This document shows, one piece after another, positions 1 through 9,246 of a DNA stretch of 64,000 nt. Position 1 is the stretch's first letter. The number at the start of each line of letters is the position of its first letter. Location of the stretch: assembly GCA_041479905.1 (NCBI GenBank), contig JBGOYY010000002.1:16802-80801 (forward strand), given 5' to 3'. A model generated the notes under the pieces. It was given only the letters and a program-made list of their open reading frames with translations. It had not been told where the DNA came from and searched no databases. Position numbers and translations under genes: made by a program. Origin of the DNA: Candidatus Aminicenantia bacterium. GTDB taxonomy: Bacteria; Acidobacteriota; Aminicenantia; Aminicenantales; Saccharicenantaceae.

Positions 1-970
1 CCCCGATCATCCGGTAGGAAACGCCGCGCTCGGCCAGGGCCTTGTTGCCGGCGCCGAGCATGACGTAGAGACGGACGGGGAGGGCGCCCTCCCCGGCCAT
101 CTTCTTATAGAGGTCGATCGTCGAGAAGGAGGCGCCGGCGTCGTGAAATGTCGTGACGCCGTGAATGAGGCACTCTCGAGAAGCGAGCTCGATTTCCTTG
201 CGCTCGCGGGCCCGGGCTTCCTCGGAGGTGTCATGGCCGGCCTGGTAGCGGACGAGGCCCTGGGCCGTTTCGAGGAAAGCGCCGATGGCGTTCCCCTTGG
301 CGTCGCGGATGATCTCGCCCCCGGCGGGATTGCCCGTCGTGCTCGTGATCCTGGAAAGCTCCATGGCCTTGGCGTTGACGAGCGACGAATGGCCGCTGGC
401 GTGGGTCAGGAGGACCGGATTGTCCGGGGTCGCTTTACTGAGGGCGTCGTGGAAGGGCAGGCCGTCGACGTTGGGCTCGGGCACGCGGTCCCACTTGTCC
501 TGGTGCCAGCCGCGGCCGAGGATCCATTCGCCGGGCTTAGCCGTGGCGGCGGCCTCGGCGACCAGGGCCACGATATCGTCCCAGGAGCGGGCCTTGGTCA
601 GGTCGAGGATCATCTTGGAAGAGCCTAGGCCCGTGAAATGGCCGTGGCTCTCGATGAGGCCGGGGATGGCGAGCGCGCCGCCGAGGTCGATGATCTCGGT
701 CCCGTCGCCGACGTGGCGCTTGTAGTCCTTCGGCTCGGCGCCGAGGGCGGCGATGCGGCCGCCGCGGACCGCGATCCAGGAGGCCGCGGGGACGGCCGCG
801 TCCACGGTCACGATCTTGCCGTTGATGAGGACGAGGTCGGCCGGCTTGGGCCTGGGGACGCAGGCGGAAGCCGAGAAAAGGGCCGCGGCCAGCGCGGCGA
901 TGAATAGAAACGCGGCGGCGGAAGCGACGGCCCGCAGCCCCGTCGATTTTGGGATTACTGATCCAGCCAT
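1..970 (-). CDS. Amidohydrolase, YtcJ-like (amidohydro_3), probably exported; runs off the window edge
   Basis: Manual translation from ATG at 970 (RBS GGAGGAGG upstream): signal-like N-terminus ending SASAC, then ADLVLINGKIVT, PGLIESHGH, WILGRGWHQ, HASGH, GVTTFHDAG. Not in the ORF track because it has no stop in the window. Confidence 0.85.
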   Translation of the reverse strand, partial: MAGSVIPKSTGLRAVASAAAFLFIAALAAALFSASACVPRPKPADLVLINGKIVTVDAAVPAASWIAVRGGRIAALGAEPKDYKRHVGDGTEIIDLGGALAIPGLIESHGHFTGLGSSKMILDLTKARSWDDIVALVAEAAATAKPGEWILGRGWHQDKWDRVPEPNVDGLPFHDALSKATPDNPVLLTHASGHSSLVNAKAMELSRITSTTGNPAGGEIIRDAKGNAIGAFLETAQGLVRYQAGHDTSEEARARERKEIELASRECLIHGVTTFHDAGASFSTIDLYKKMAGEGALPVRLYVMLGAGNKALAERGVSYRMIG

Positions 971-1109
971 GAGTTAGCCTCCTCCTGAATCGGCATCAGG
1001 CCAAAAAATATACCGGCTGACCGCCCCTGTCAAGAAAAAACGGGGTAAAAAGCGCCGCTCAGTATTAACCCTGAGCATACCCCGGGCTTCAGACCGGGGA
1101 TCGAAAAGG

Positions 1110-1138
1110 TTGATTTCACGGTGTCCCCTGCATAAGAT
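1110..1138 (+). promoter_or_regulatory. Sigma70-type promoter, probably leaderless
   Basis: TTGATT(1110-1115)-17 bp-TAAGAT(1133-1138); ATG 6 nt downstream with no SD. Confidence 0.55.
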
Positions 1139-1144
1139 AGCCGC

Positions 1145-2533
1145 ATGTCCAGTTACGATAAAAGTTTAACAGGCAGACCGACCGCGGCAGCTGACACCGC
1201 CTCCGTGCCCGGCCCTCAACTCTCCCGGGTACTCGGCAAGGGAAGCATTATCGGCATCGTCGTTGGCACGATGATCGGATCGGGCATCTTCATCGTGCCG
1301 GCCACCGTGGCCGCCGAGGTCAAGGCGCCGCTCATTATGCTCGCCGTGTGGATTGTGGGTGGCCTTTTGAGCGTTTTCGGTGCCCTCTCTCTGGCCGAGC
1401 TGGCCGCGGCCTATTCGGAGACCGGCGGCATCTACGTTTACTTGCGGGAGGCGTACGGTCCGCTGGCCGGCTTCCTCTTTGGCTGGACGCTGTTCCTCGT
1501 CATCGATTCGGGGAGCATCGCGGCGCTGTCCGTGGCTTTCGCCTCGAAATACCTGCCCCATTTCTTTCACGTGACGCCGGTCGTCCAGAAGGCGGTGGCC
1601 ATCCTGTTCATCCTGATCCTGATGGGGATTAACTATCTTGGGGTCAAGCGTGGCGCTTTCTTCCAGAACCTGCTGACAACGTTGAAGTTCGCGGCGTTAC
1701 TGGGCGTCAGTGTTGTCGTCTTCCTGTTCGCGCGCGGGGACTGGGCGAATTTTGTGACGCCTCCGGCTTCCGGCACGGGGGGAGACATCGTTGGGAAGTT
1801 CGGCCTGGCTTTGGTGGCCGCGCTCTGGGCCTACAAGGGCTTCGAGTCGTCCACGTACAATTCAGGCGAGACCCGGAATCCTTCCCGGACCCTGCCCGTC
1901 GGCATCATCGCCGGATGCGGCCTGGTCACGCTCCTCTATCTGATGGCGAACGCCGCCTACCTGTACGCGGTGCCGGCCGCCCGGATGGCCGGGTCGAGCC
2001 GGATCGCGGCCGACGCGATGAACGCCGCGGTCGGGCCGCTCGGCGCGTCCATCGTTTCGTTCATCATCCTGTTCTCGATCATGGGCGCGGCCAACGGCCA
2101 CATCCTGACCGGACCGCGGGTATATTACGCGATGGCCAAGGACGGCCTTTTCTTCCGGAAGATGGCCTCCGTCCATCCGAAATACAAGACCCCGCACGTG
2201 TCCATTCTGGTTGTGGGGAGCTGGAGCATCCTCCTCAGCCTGAGCGGGACCTTCGAGCAGCTCCTTCGGTATGTCATCTTCGGCCACTGGATCTTCATGG
2301 GGCTGGCTGTGTCCGCGGTCATCGTCATGCGGAAGAAGCGTCCCGACCTGCCTCGTCCGTATAAAGCCCTGGGCTACCCGGTGACGCCGGGGCTCTTCGT
2401 CCTGGCGGCCCTTTTCGTTACGGTCAATGCCCTCATCGGAACGTTCTGGAACTCGTTCGCCGGACTCGCCATCATCGCCCTGGGCATCCCCGCCTATGTG
2501 TATTGGAACAGGAAGCGCTCGCGGGGAAAATAG
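1145..2533 (+). CDS. APC family amino acid permease
   Basis: GTMIGSGIF in TM1, GGIYVYLREAYG, LWAYKGF, PRVYYAMAKDG; about 12 hydrophobic segments. Confidence 0.92.
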   Translation: MSSYDKSLTGRPTAAADTASVPGPQLSRVLGKGSIIGIVVGTMIGSGIFIVPATVAAEVKAPLIMLAVWIVGGLLSVFGALSLAELAAAYSETGGIYVYLREAYGPLAGFLFGWTLFLVIDSGSIAALSVAFASKYLPHFFHVTPVVQKAVAILFILILMGINYLGVKRGAFFQNLLTTLKFAALLGVSVVVFLFARGDWANFVTPPASGTGGDIVGKFGLALVAALWAYKGFESSTYNSGETRNPSRTLPVGIIAGCGLVTLLYLMANAAYLYAVPAARMAGSSRIAADAMNAAVGPLGASIVSFIILFSIMGAANGHILTGPRVYYAMAKDGLFFRKMASVHPKYKTPHVSILVVGSWSILLSLSGTFEQLLRYVIFGHWIFMGLAVSAVIVMRKKRPDLPRPYKALGYPVTPGLFVLAALFVTVNALIGTFWNSFAGLAIIALGIPAYVYWNRKRSRGK

Positions 2534-2684
2534 CCGACCCCCGCGGATAACCTCAAGACTCGTTTCAGATATCTACCAGAAGTCCGGCTCCGAGCCACTC
2601 CGCCGTACTTCTGCCGGTCGCTCCTCAGAATCCGCTCCCTGCCGGCCACCAAGCCGCCCCTGGTCCGTTGTCGTAAAGCCGGGC

Positions 2685-3785
2685 CTACTTTTTCTTCCGG
2701 ATATAGATGTCGCCGCTGAAAGTGTTGAAGCCGATCTCTTGACCGCCGCCGTTGACGATACCGTAGAGCGACTTGTCGAAGGTGATGCGGAACTTGCCCT
2801 GCTCGGTCTTCTCCGCCGCCTCGGACTTGGCCGGCTGCCGGGTCATGTTGATGTCGAAGTCGCTGTAGATCTCGCCCTGCTCGGACTTCATCTTGAGATT
2901 GGCCTTGACGTCGGCCGGGAGCGTGACGTCGATGTCGCCGTTCATGGTGCTGAACGACAGCGGCTTGTCGGCCGCGACCCGGGCCAGCACGACCTCGATA
3001 TCGCCGTTGACGGTGTGGACGAGCGTGTTCCCCGAAACGTTCTTCAGCGTCACCGGCCCGTTGATGTTGTTGATATCGATCTCGCCGGTGACGCCCTCGA
3101 CGACGACCGCCCCGTCCATGGTCGATCGGACCTCGAGCGAGGTCGAACGAGGCACCTGGATGACGAGGTCCGTGGCCGCCTTCCACGACTGGGTGCTGAC
3201 CTGGACGACGTTATTCTCCTCCTGGATCTCGAGCCCCGACGCGGACCCGGAGAGGAGCTTCATGCCGGCCATCCTCTTCTCCTTCGCTTCGCGCTGGGCC
3301 TTGTTGTCCTGGAAGTATTCGTTGTACAGGTTGCGGGCCTTGTCGCTCTGGGTGAGTCGCTTGGCCAGAACTTCCTGCTCGGCCAGGCTCTGGGCGAGGG
3401 CCGCTTCGACCTGCCTTTGAACGCGCTCAGCCTCGACGCGTTGCCCGGCTTGGGCAGAGGGAGCCGGTGCCGTGGCGGGCGCCGGCTGTCCCGCCGGCGC
3501 CGGAGGCGCGACGACGGCGTATGGAGCGGCGGGATAATAACCGGTGTAGTTCGACAGCGCCTTTTCCCTGACCCGGGCCTCGACGATGACTTCCTTGCCC
3601 TCGTAGCCCTTGACCGTGATGCTGCCCCGGATGACCGAGACCTCGATCTTGGCCGGCTTGGCCGGGTTGCTGAGCGGGACGACGGCCCGGTCCGGCGGCT
3701 CTTCCTTGGTCTGGGCCAGGGCCCAGCCGCACGTCCCGGCGACGAGGAGCGCCAGGATGACGATGTTCGCGATTCTTTTTCTCAT
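2685..3785 (-). CDS. Exported DUF4097 (beta-strand repeat) protein
   Basis: Signal peptide; repeated NG[PD][VI] motifs and C-terminal TFSGDIYIRK; last gene of an ECF/anti-sigma cassette. Confidence 0.8.
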   Translation of the reverse strand: MRKRIANIVILALLVAGTCGWALAQTKEEPPDRAVVPLSNPAKPAKIEVSVIRGSITVKGYEGKEVIVEARVREKALSNYTGYYPAAPYAVVAPPAPAGQPAPATAPAPSAQAGQRVEAERVQRQVEAALAQSLAEQEVLAKRLTQSDKARNLYNEYFQDNKAQREAKEKRMAGMKLLSGSASGLEIQEENNVVQVSTQSWKAATDLVIQVPRSTSLEVRSTMDGAVVVEGVTGEIDINNINGPVTLKNVSGNTLVHTVNGDIEVVLARVAADKPLSFSTMNGDIDVTLPADVKANLKMKSEQGEIYSDFDINMTRQPAKSEAAEKTEQGKFRITFDKSLYGIVNGGGQEIGFNTFSGDIYIRKKK

Positions 3786-3803
3786 ATTCTTCTCCTTGAG
3801 GAT

Positions 3804-4619
3804 TTAGACGATTTGCTTCAGACCCTGTTCGGCTCGCTTCTTGACTTCCGGCGTGAGCTCGTTTTTCTCGATGAGGAGCTTGAGGGCCGCGACCGCCCGC
3901 GCCTCGCGGATCTCGACCAGGAAATCGATCAAGGCGACCTGGACGAGGGGATAGTTCTGGATGGCGAGTGACCGGACCAGGCTTTCCCGGACGCCCGGCT
4001 TGTTCCGGAAAAGGTAGAGCGCGTCCACGGCCGCGAGCCGGACGTTGGGGCTGGGGTCGTTGTCGAGCGCGTCGGTCAGTGCGGCCAGCGTCGTGCCGTT
4101 CGGATTTTCGACGGCGGCGCTGAAACCGATGCCCTGGATCCGCTCCGTGGCGGAGGATTTGCCCAGCAGCGAGAGGGCGACCTGCTGGCGCATGTCCTGG
4201 ACCTCGCGCGACAGCGTGGTGAGGCGTTCGCCTCCCGCGCGGCCGCCGTTCAGGAGCCAGCCGGCGCCGAGGCCGACGAAAAGAAGGAAGGCCGAGAACG
4301 AGGCGGCGAAGGCGGGCCGCCGGAACGTGAACCATTCCCTCCAGCCGGCCAGGAACCCCGTCGCCCGGGCCGTCTTCCCCTTGGCCTTGAGCCCGTCTTT
4401 GTACTCCTCGAGCATGGCGTAAAAGCGGTGCCGGAGGCCGCTGCCCGGCTGTTCCTCGGGCAGGACGCCGAGCTTGGCCCAAACGACGGTCAGGTTCTCG
4501 AGGTCTTCGCGGCACGCCGCGCACGAGAGGATGTGTTCCCGGACCTGGCCGCGGCCTCCCTCGTCGAGGTCTTCCGTCAGGTAGTCGGCGAACTTTTCCT
4601 GTGTTTTTTCGCAGTTCAT
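3804..4619 (-). CDS. zf-HC2 anti-sigma factor with TM helix and C-terminal HEAT repeats
   Basis: Start MNCEK at 4619 overlaps the sigma stop; HILSCAAC motif; one TM; DPSPNVRLAAVDAL HEAT-like repeat. Confidence 0.85.
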   Translation of the reverse strand: MNCEKTQEKFADYLTEDLDEGGRGQVREHILSCAACREDLENLTVVWAKLGVLPEEQPGSGLRHRFYAMLEEYKDGLKAKGKTARATGFLAGWREWFTFRRPAFAASFSAFLLFVGLGAGWLLNGGRAGGERLTTLSREVQDMRQQVALSLLGKSSATERIQGIGFSAAVENPNGTTLAALTDALDNDPSPNVRLAAVDALYLFRNKPGVRESLVRSLAIQNYPLVQVALIDFLVEIREARAVAALKLLIEKNELTPEVKKRAEQGLKQIV

Positions 4620-5209
4620 GACACGCTCCCTTTCTGGAGGTCCAGGTAGATGCGGCCGAGGTCCTTGAGGGCCCGGTGGACCTGGGCTTTGACCGTGCCC
4701 ACCTGGCATCCCAGGAGCTCGGCGATCTCCCGGAGCTTGAGGTTCTGGAAGCGGAAGAGGACGAGGAGCTCCCGTTTCTGGACGGGCAGACGGTCGAGGG
4801 CGCGGCGGACGAGCTCGGCTTCCCGTTCAACCTCATAGGCCGCCTCGGGCAGGGGTTCGCGGCTGGGCGTTTCGACGTGCTGCCCGTCGAGGGGGAGCAT
4901 GCTCTTCCGCTTCCTCAGGTAGTCGACGTGGGCGTTGCGGGCGATCTGGAAGAGCCAGACGTTGAACCGGCTGTCGCCCATGTAGCCGGCCCGGTATTTC
5001 AGAACGCGCATGAAGACCTCCTGGACGAGGTCTTCGCTCGCGGCCCTGTTTCCCGTCAGGCGAAGGAAAAAGTTGTAAAGCATCGTCTGGTATCTTTCGA
5101 AGAGGACGGCCAGCTTCTCGACCCGGCCGTCCCTGACGTTTTCCATCAGCTCGTTGTCCGTCGGTGACATGCGTCCGGTCTTCTCTCGCTCAGGATTATC
5201 AGCGTTCAT
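4616..5209 (-). CDS. ECF RNA polymerase sigma factor (start 5209 or 5170)
   Basis: EDLVQEVF, WLFQIARN, EIAELLGCQVGTVKAQVHRA (regions 2 and 4). Confidence 0.92.
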   Translation of the reverse strand: MNADNPEREKTGRMSPTDNELMENVRDGRVEKLAVLFERYQTMLYNFFLRLTGNRAASEDLVQEVFMRVLKYRAGYMGDSRFNVWLFQIARNAHVDYLRKRKSMLPLDGQHVETPSREPLPEAAYEVEREAELVRRALDRLPVQKRELLVLFRFQNLKLREIAELLGCQVGTVKAQVHRALKDLGRIYLDLQKGSVS

Positions 5210-5214
5210 GGATA

Positions 5215-5242
5215 ATTACCGCCCTTTGGCAAAAAGGTTACA
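5215..5242 (-). promoter_or_regulatory. Putative ECF autoregulatory promoter
   Basis: Minus strand TGTAACC-15 nt-GGTAAT just upstream of the sigma ATG; AAC in the -35 is typical of ECF promoters. Confidence 0.5.
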
Positions 5243-5310
5243 CCGGAAACAAGAAGGGGTCAAAACCACGTAATGCCAATTTTCCGGATCTTCTCCCGAT
5301 TTCGGGGGCA

Positions 5311-5475
5311 CGCCGGGGACGCTGCCCGTTTTTGTCAGTGATGGGGGCCATGCATCTCCCCCGGCCCCCCCGGGAACCAGTCCCGGCGGTTCCCCCGCCG
5401 GCAAGCCGGCGGGTCCCCCTCCGCTACGGGGGCTATGCATGGCCCCCATCACTGCCCCGAGCAGCGTCCCCGGCG
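5311..5475. repeat. Large nested palindromic intergenic element (REP/MITE-like), copy A
   Basis: Perfect inverted repeats 5311-5325/5461-5475 (15 bp) and 5336-5355/5435-5454 (20 bp); the core is homologous to 61879-61948. Confidence 0.8.
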
Positions 5476-5588
5476 AATTTTGAGAAGAACCATTTTTTTC
5501 TGGCATTGCGTGGGTCTGACCCCTTCTCGTTTGACTTACCGGGGAGGGGAGTGCTATAAAAAGGACGAATTTTCCCTGGAGAGCGCTC

Positions 5589-6590
5589 ATGGCCCGAGTG
5601 ACCTACAAGAAAGCCGGCGTCGACATCGACGCGGCGGACCGCTTCATCCGGCTGATCAAGCCCCTCGTCCGGAAGACCGGCCGGCCGGAGGTCCTCGGGG
5701 GGATCGGCGGCTTCAGCGGGCTCTTCAAACCCCGCCTGGCCGGGATGAAAAGGCCCGTCCTCGTCTCCTCGACGGACGGCGTCGGCACGAAACTCCTCAT
5801 CGCCGCCATGGTGGGCAAATACGATACGGTGGGCGTCGACCTCGTGGCCATGTCCGTCGACGACGTGGTCGTCCTCGGCGCCGAGCCGCTCTTCTTCCTC
5901 GATTACATCGCCGTTGGCAAGGTCGTGCCCCGTATGCTCGTCGACATCGTCCGAGGTGTCGCCCGAGGCTGCCGCGAGGCCCACTGCGCCCTTGTCGGCG
6001 GCGAGACGGCCGAGCTCCCCGGCCTTTACGGTCCCGGGAAATGGGACCTGGCCGGATTCTGCGTCGGCCTCGTCGACGAGTCGAAGATCATCGACGGTCG
6101 CGCCTGCCGGGCGGGGGACGCCGTCATCGGGCTGGCATCGAGCGGCCTCCACAGCAACGGATATTCCCTGGCCCGCAAGGTTTTTTCCGAAAAGGAGATC
6201 AAAGCGGGCCTCTGGCGGGAGCTCCTGCGGCCGACGAAGATTTACTGCACGGCCATCCTCGAGGTCCTCGAGAAGGTCCGGATCAAGTCCATGGCCCACA
6301 TCACCGGGGGCGGCTTTTACGACAACATCCCCCGGGTCATCCCCGAGGGCTGCGGTGTCCGGGTCGAAAAGGGATCCTGGCCCATCCCGCCCATCTTCCG
6401 CAAGATCCAGCGGGCCGGGAACGTCGGCGAGCGGGAGATGTTCCGGACCCTGAACATGGGCATCGGCATGGCCCTGGCCGTCTCGGCCCGGGACGCCGAC
6501 CGGGCGGTCGCCCTTTTCGCCGAACGGGGCCAAAAAGCCTGGATCATCGGCGAAATCGTCCGCGGCAAGCGCGAAGTCGCTCTCCTCTGA
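5589..6590 (+). CDS. purM: Phosphoribosylformylglycinamidine cyclo-ligase
   Basis: YKKAGVDI, STDGVGTK, GGETAE, SSGLHSNGYSL, HITGGG, NMGIG. Confidence 0.97.
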   Translation: MARVTYKKAGVDIDAADRFIRLIKPLVRKTGRPEVLGGIGGFSGLFKPRLAGMKRPVLVSSTDGVGTKLLIAAMVGKYDTVGVDLVAMSVDDVVVLGAEPLFFLDYIAVGKVVPRMLVDIVRGVARGCREAHCALVGGETAELPGLYGPGKWDLAGFCVGLVDESKIIDGRACRAGDAVIGLASSGLHSNGYSLARKVFSEKEIKAGLWRELLRPTKIYCTAILEVLEKVRIKSMAHITGGGFYDNIPRVIPEGCGVRVEKGSWPIPPIFRKIQRAGNVGEREMFRTLNMGIGMALAVSARDADRAVALFAERGQKAWIIGEIVRGKREVALL

Positions 6591-6744
6591 AGGACCCCGC
6601 CGAGGGTGTCCGCCCCTCCGGGATGTGACAAAGACTGACATCATCGGACATCCGGCCAAACTCTATTGACTTTGATAATAGCTGGGTTATTTTAAAATCT
6701 CGGGAACATCAAGGTGTGGCCAAGGATGCCATCAAGGTGAGAAA

Positions 6745-6861
6745 ATGAGCAAAAGGGGGGTCTTTACGTTTTGGGGGCTGGGCGCCCTTCTCTTGGGAGC
6801 CCTGATTTTCAGCCTGTCCAAGCTCTCCGACCGGCACAAAGGCCCTTCTCTCCTGCGCTAG
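6745..6861 (+). CDS. Putative 38-aa single-pass membrane peptide
   Basis: MSKRGVFTFWGLGALLLGALIFSLSKLSDRHKGPSLLR*; SD-like AAGGTGA; TTGACT/AT-rich promoter-like region at 6666-6698; convergent with the GH36 gene. Confidence 0.45.
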   Translation: MSKRGVFTFWGLGALLLGALIFSLSKLSDRHKGPSLLR

Positions 6862-6879
6862 TTCACGCCTTTCCCGCCC

Positions 6880-8538
6880 TTATTCTCCCGTTCCATCCCC
6901 CGATTCAGGCTTGAGGAACGCCCCGGACCGGGGAGCCACGGAAATCCCCCCGATGACGGCCTCCCCGTCGGACAAATTGACGCCGAGGCGTACGTCACCC
7001 GATGGACCGCCTTGGGAGTGAATGACATAAGCATCCTCCCCGAGTAGCCCTGAAACCCGGCTCCTGCCGCCCCGGAGGGCAAGAGCGCGCAGAAAAAGGC
7101 TTTTCTCCTCGGGGCCGAGAAGCGAGAGCTTGTCGCTCGCGATGACCATGTTGTCGAGCGCGCCGGCTGCGAGGGCGTAGAGCTCCCGCTCGTTCCGGGT
7201 GAGCTCGGTTTCCCGGCCGCGAAGGAGCAGGCAGTCCGGGTCGTTGAGCCAGAAAGCCCGGTGCATGAACTGGCGGAGCAGGGCGTTCTTGAGGGCGAAG
7301 TAGGCGTTCGGGCCCTGGAAACCGGTGGGCTTGGTTTTCCAGTAGGGGGCGGTGTCCTCGCCGACGCGCATGCCGTCCACGAGCCCGGCCGAGGGCAGAA
7401 GGGGCGCGCCGCAGGCGAGGATAAAATCCCTTCCCGCCGCCCGGCGAATCACGCTCAGGCCCTCCCTATAGGCCTGGACGGGGGTGACGCGCTTTCGTCT
7501 TGTCCCGGGCATGGCCGCGGCGAAGAGAAAGTCGATCTTGAGGTATGAGAACCCGGCTTTTCTGAGGCCCGTGACCATCTCGTGAAGCCAGGTCTTCGCT
7601 TCCGGATGGGTCGTGTCGAGGGCGAAGATCGGTTTCCCCCAGCCCCGGTAGCAGAGCTTGGGCCGGCCGTCCTCCTGGACCATCCAGTCCGGGTGCTTGG
7701 CGAACAATTCGGAAGTCGCGGCCGCGCTGAACGGCGCCGTCCAGATCCCGGCTTTGAATTTCTTCCGGGCGATGGCCCGGGCCAGGCCGGGGAGGTCCGG
7801 ATAGCCCGGCTTGGGCGACATCCAGTCGCCGATGTCGGTTTCGTAGCCGTCGTCGACTTGGAAAACGTCGAACGGGAAGGACTTCCGGTCGCGGGCCGCG
7901 ATGTCGAGGTTCTCGAGGACGTCGTTCCAAACGAGCTTCCCGAAATAGTGATACCAGCTGCACCAGCCGATGGGGTTCCAGGCATTGATGCGGACGCGAT
8001 TGGCCCGCTTGACGAGCGCGCCGTAGACGTCGAGGAGCCTTTCGGCCCGGCCGCCCGAAAGGACGGCCAGGGGCTCGAGCGCGACCGGTGCGTCGAATTC
8101 GGCGCCGAAATAATCGACCCAGCCGACGAGGTCCCTGCCTTCGACGGTAAAGAACGGGTGGCCGACGCGGGAGGTCAGGAAACCGGCGACCGTGCCCTCC
8201 CAGGCGGTGAAATAGTCGCTCACCGGGCCGCGCAGAAGGAGGCCCGGCAGCGGCGAGAAAAGATACGGACTGTAATCACGGACGATGGTCTCGAGCTCGG
8301 GGAACCTGGTCGAAGGGGTGACGCGCTCCATCGGGCCCCAGGACTGCCAGTTGTTGAGGAGGAATGCCGGCGGGGCGGGCGCCCGGAAGATTTCCAGGCG
8401 TCCAGGCCGGCCGGTGACCGTACCCTTGAGGATGTATCCGTGCGCCGATCTCTCGACGTCGGCCTCGATCCGCGCTTTCTCCAGCCGCCGGACCAGTCGC
8501 CCGGCGCGGACGGGTTTTCCGAGAAGTTGGGCTGTCAA
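6880..8538 (-). CDS. Alpha-galactosidase, glycoside hydrolase family 36
   Basis: GWCSWYHY, FQVDDGY, YLKIDF (nucleophile), MRVGED (acid/base), WLNDPDC. Confidence 0.88.
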   Translation of the reverse strand: MTAQLLGKPVRAGRLVRRLEKARIEADVERSAHGYILKGTVTGRPGRLEIFRAPAPPAFLLNNWQSWGPMERVTPSTRFPELETIVRDYSPYLFSPLPGLLLRGPVSDYFTAWEGTVAGFLTSRVGHPFFTVEGRDLVGWVDYFGAEFDAPVALEPLAVLSGGRAERLLDVYGALVKRANRVRINAWNPIGWCSWYHYFGKLVWNDVLENLDIAARDRKSFPFDVFQVDDGYETDIGDWMSPKPGYPDLPGLARAIARKKFKAGIWTAPFSAAATSELFAKHPDWMVQEDGRPKLCYRGWGKPIFALDTTHPEAKTWLHEMVTGLRKAGFSYLKIDFLFAAAMPGTRRKRVTPVQAYREGLSVIRRAAGRDFILACGAPLLPSAGLVDGMRVGEDTAPYWKTKPTGFQGPNAYFALKNALLRQFMHRAFWLNDPDCLLLRGRETELTRNERELYALAAGALDNMVIASDKLSLLGPEEKSLFLRALALRGGRSRVSGLLGEDAYVIHSQGGPSGDVRLGVNLSDGEAVIGGISVAPRSGAFLKPESGDGTGE

Positions 8539-8879
8539 GGCCGGATGATGTCGTTCTTCTTGCAGAAAGATTCGATCTTTTCCGCGAGCGCGGCGGCCTT
8601 GCCGATGGCCTTCTCTTCGGTCAGCGTCTTTCGAAGCTGGACCAGCTCGTCCCGGAGCTTGAGGACTTGGCCGACGGCGGGATCGGAGTCGGCGAGCGTG
8701 TCGAGTCCCAGCGCGCCTGCCCGGCCCGCGGCGCTCATGAACTTGTGGGCGACGACGGCGTAGCGGTCCTGGAAGGAAGCGACCATCTCCTCTTCTTCCG
8801 AAGGCGCCCGGCTGGTTTGCCGGTAGATGAAGAATGCGGCCAGGACGATCAGGAGCAGGACGAGCAGCGCTTTAGCCAT
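8535..8879 (-). CDS. Hypothetical membrane-anchored helical protein
   Basis: MAKALLVLLLIVLAAFFIY anchor; host-like codon usage; stop overlaps the GH36 start. Confidence 0.7.
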   Translation of the reverse strand: MAKALLVLLLIVLAAFFIYRQTSRAPSEEEEMVASFQDRYAVVAHKFMSAAGRAGALGLDTLADSDPAVGQVLKLRDELVQLRKTLTEEKAIGKAAALAEKIESFCKKNDIIRP

Positions 8880-9124
8880 GGTGGTTTTCCCGAGGGCATT
8901 GTAGGCCAGTCGGCGCGGGATTTCAATCCCCTTCGCGGGATCCCGCGGACGTATGCCCCTGGAGGAGTAGCGAATTCCCCGCTTCGGGGACGGGGCTCCA
9001 AGGCCCGGAGCCCATAAATCCACGGACGCTTACGCGCGGAGCCTCCGTCTTTCTGATCGGAATAGAAAAAATCGCCGAAACGTGCTAAATTTAGAGGGCT
9101 CTTAGGCCTTGAAGGCCGGGGTGT

Positions 9125-9200
9125 GGGCGGTTAGCTCAGTTGGGAGAGCGCGGCGTTCGCAACGCTGAGGCCGGGAGTTCGAGTCTCCTACCGTCCACCA
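9125..9200 (+). tRNA. tRNA-Ala(CGC)
   Basis: 76-nt cloverleaf: GGGCGGT/ACCGTCC acceptor with G3:U70, anticodon loop TT-CGC-AA, T loop TTCGAGT, encoded CCA. Confidence 0.97.
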
Positions 9201-9246
9201 TTTTTTTTGCCCCCTTGCCGGGCGCGTGCCGCGAAGAGGAGTCGAG

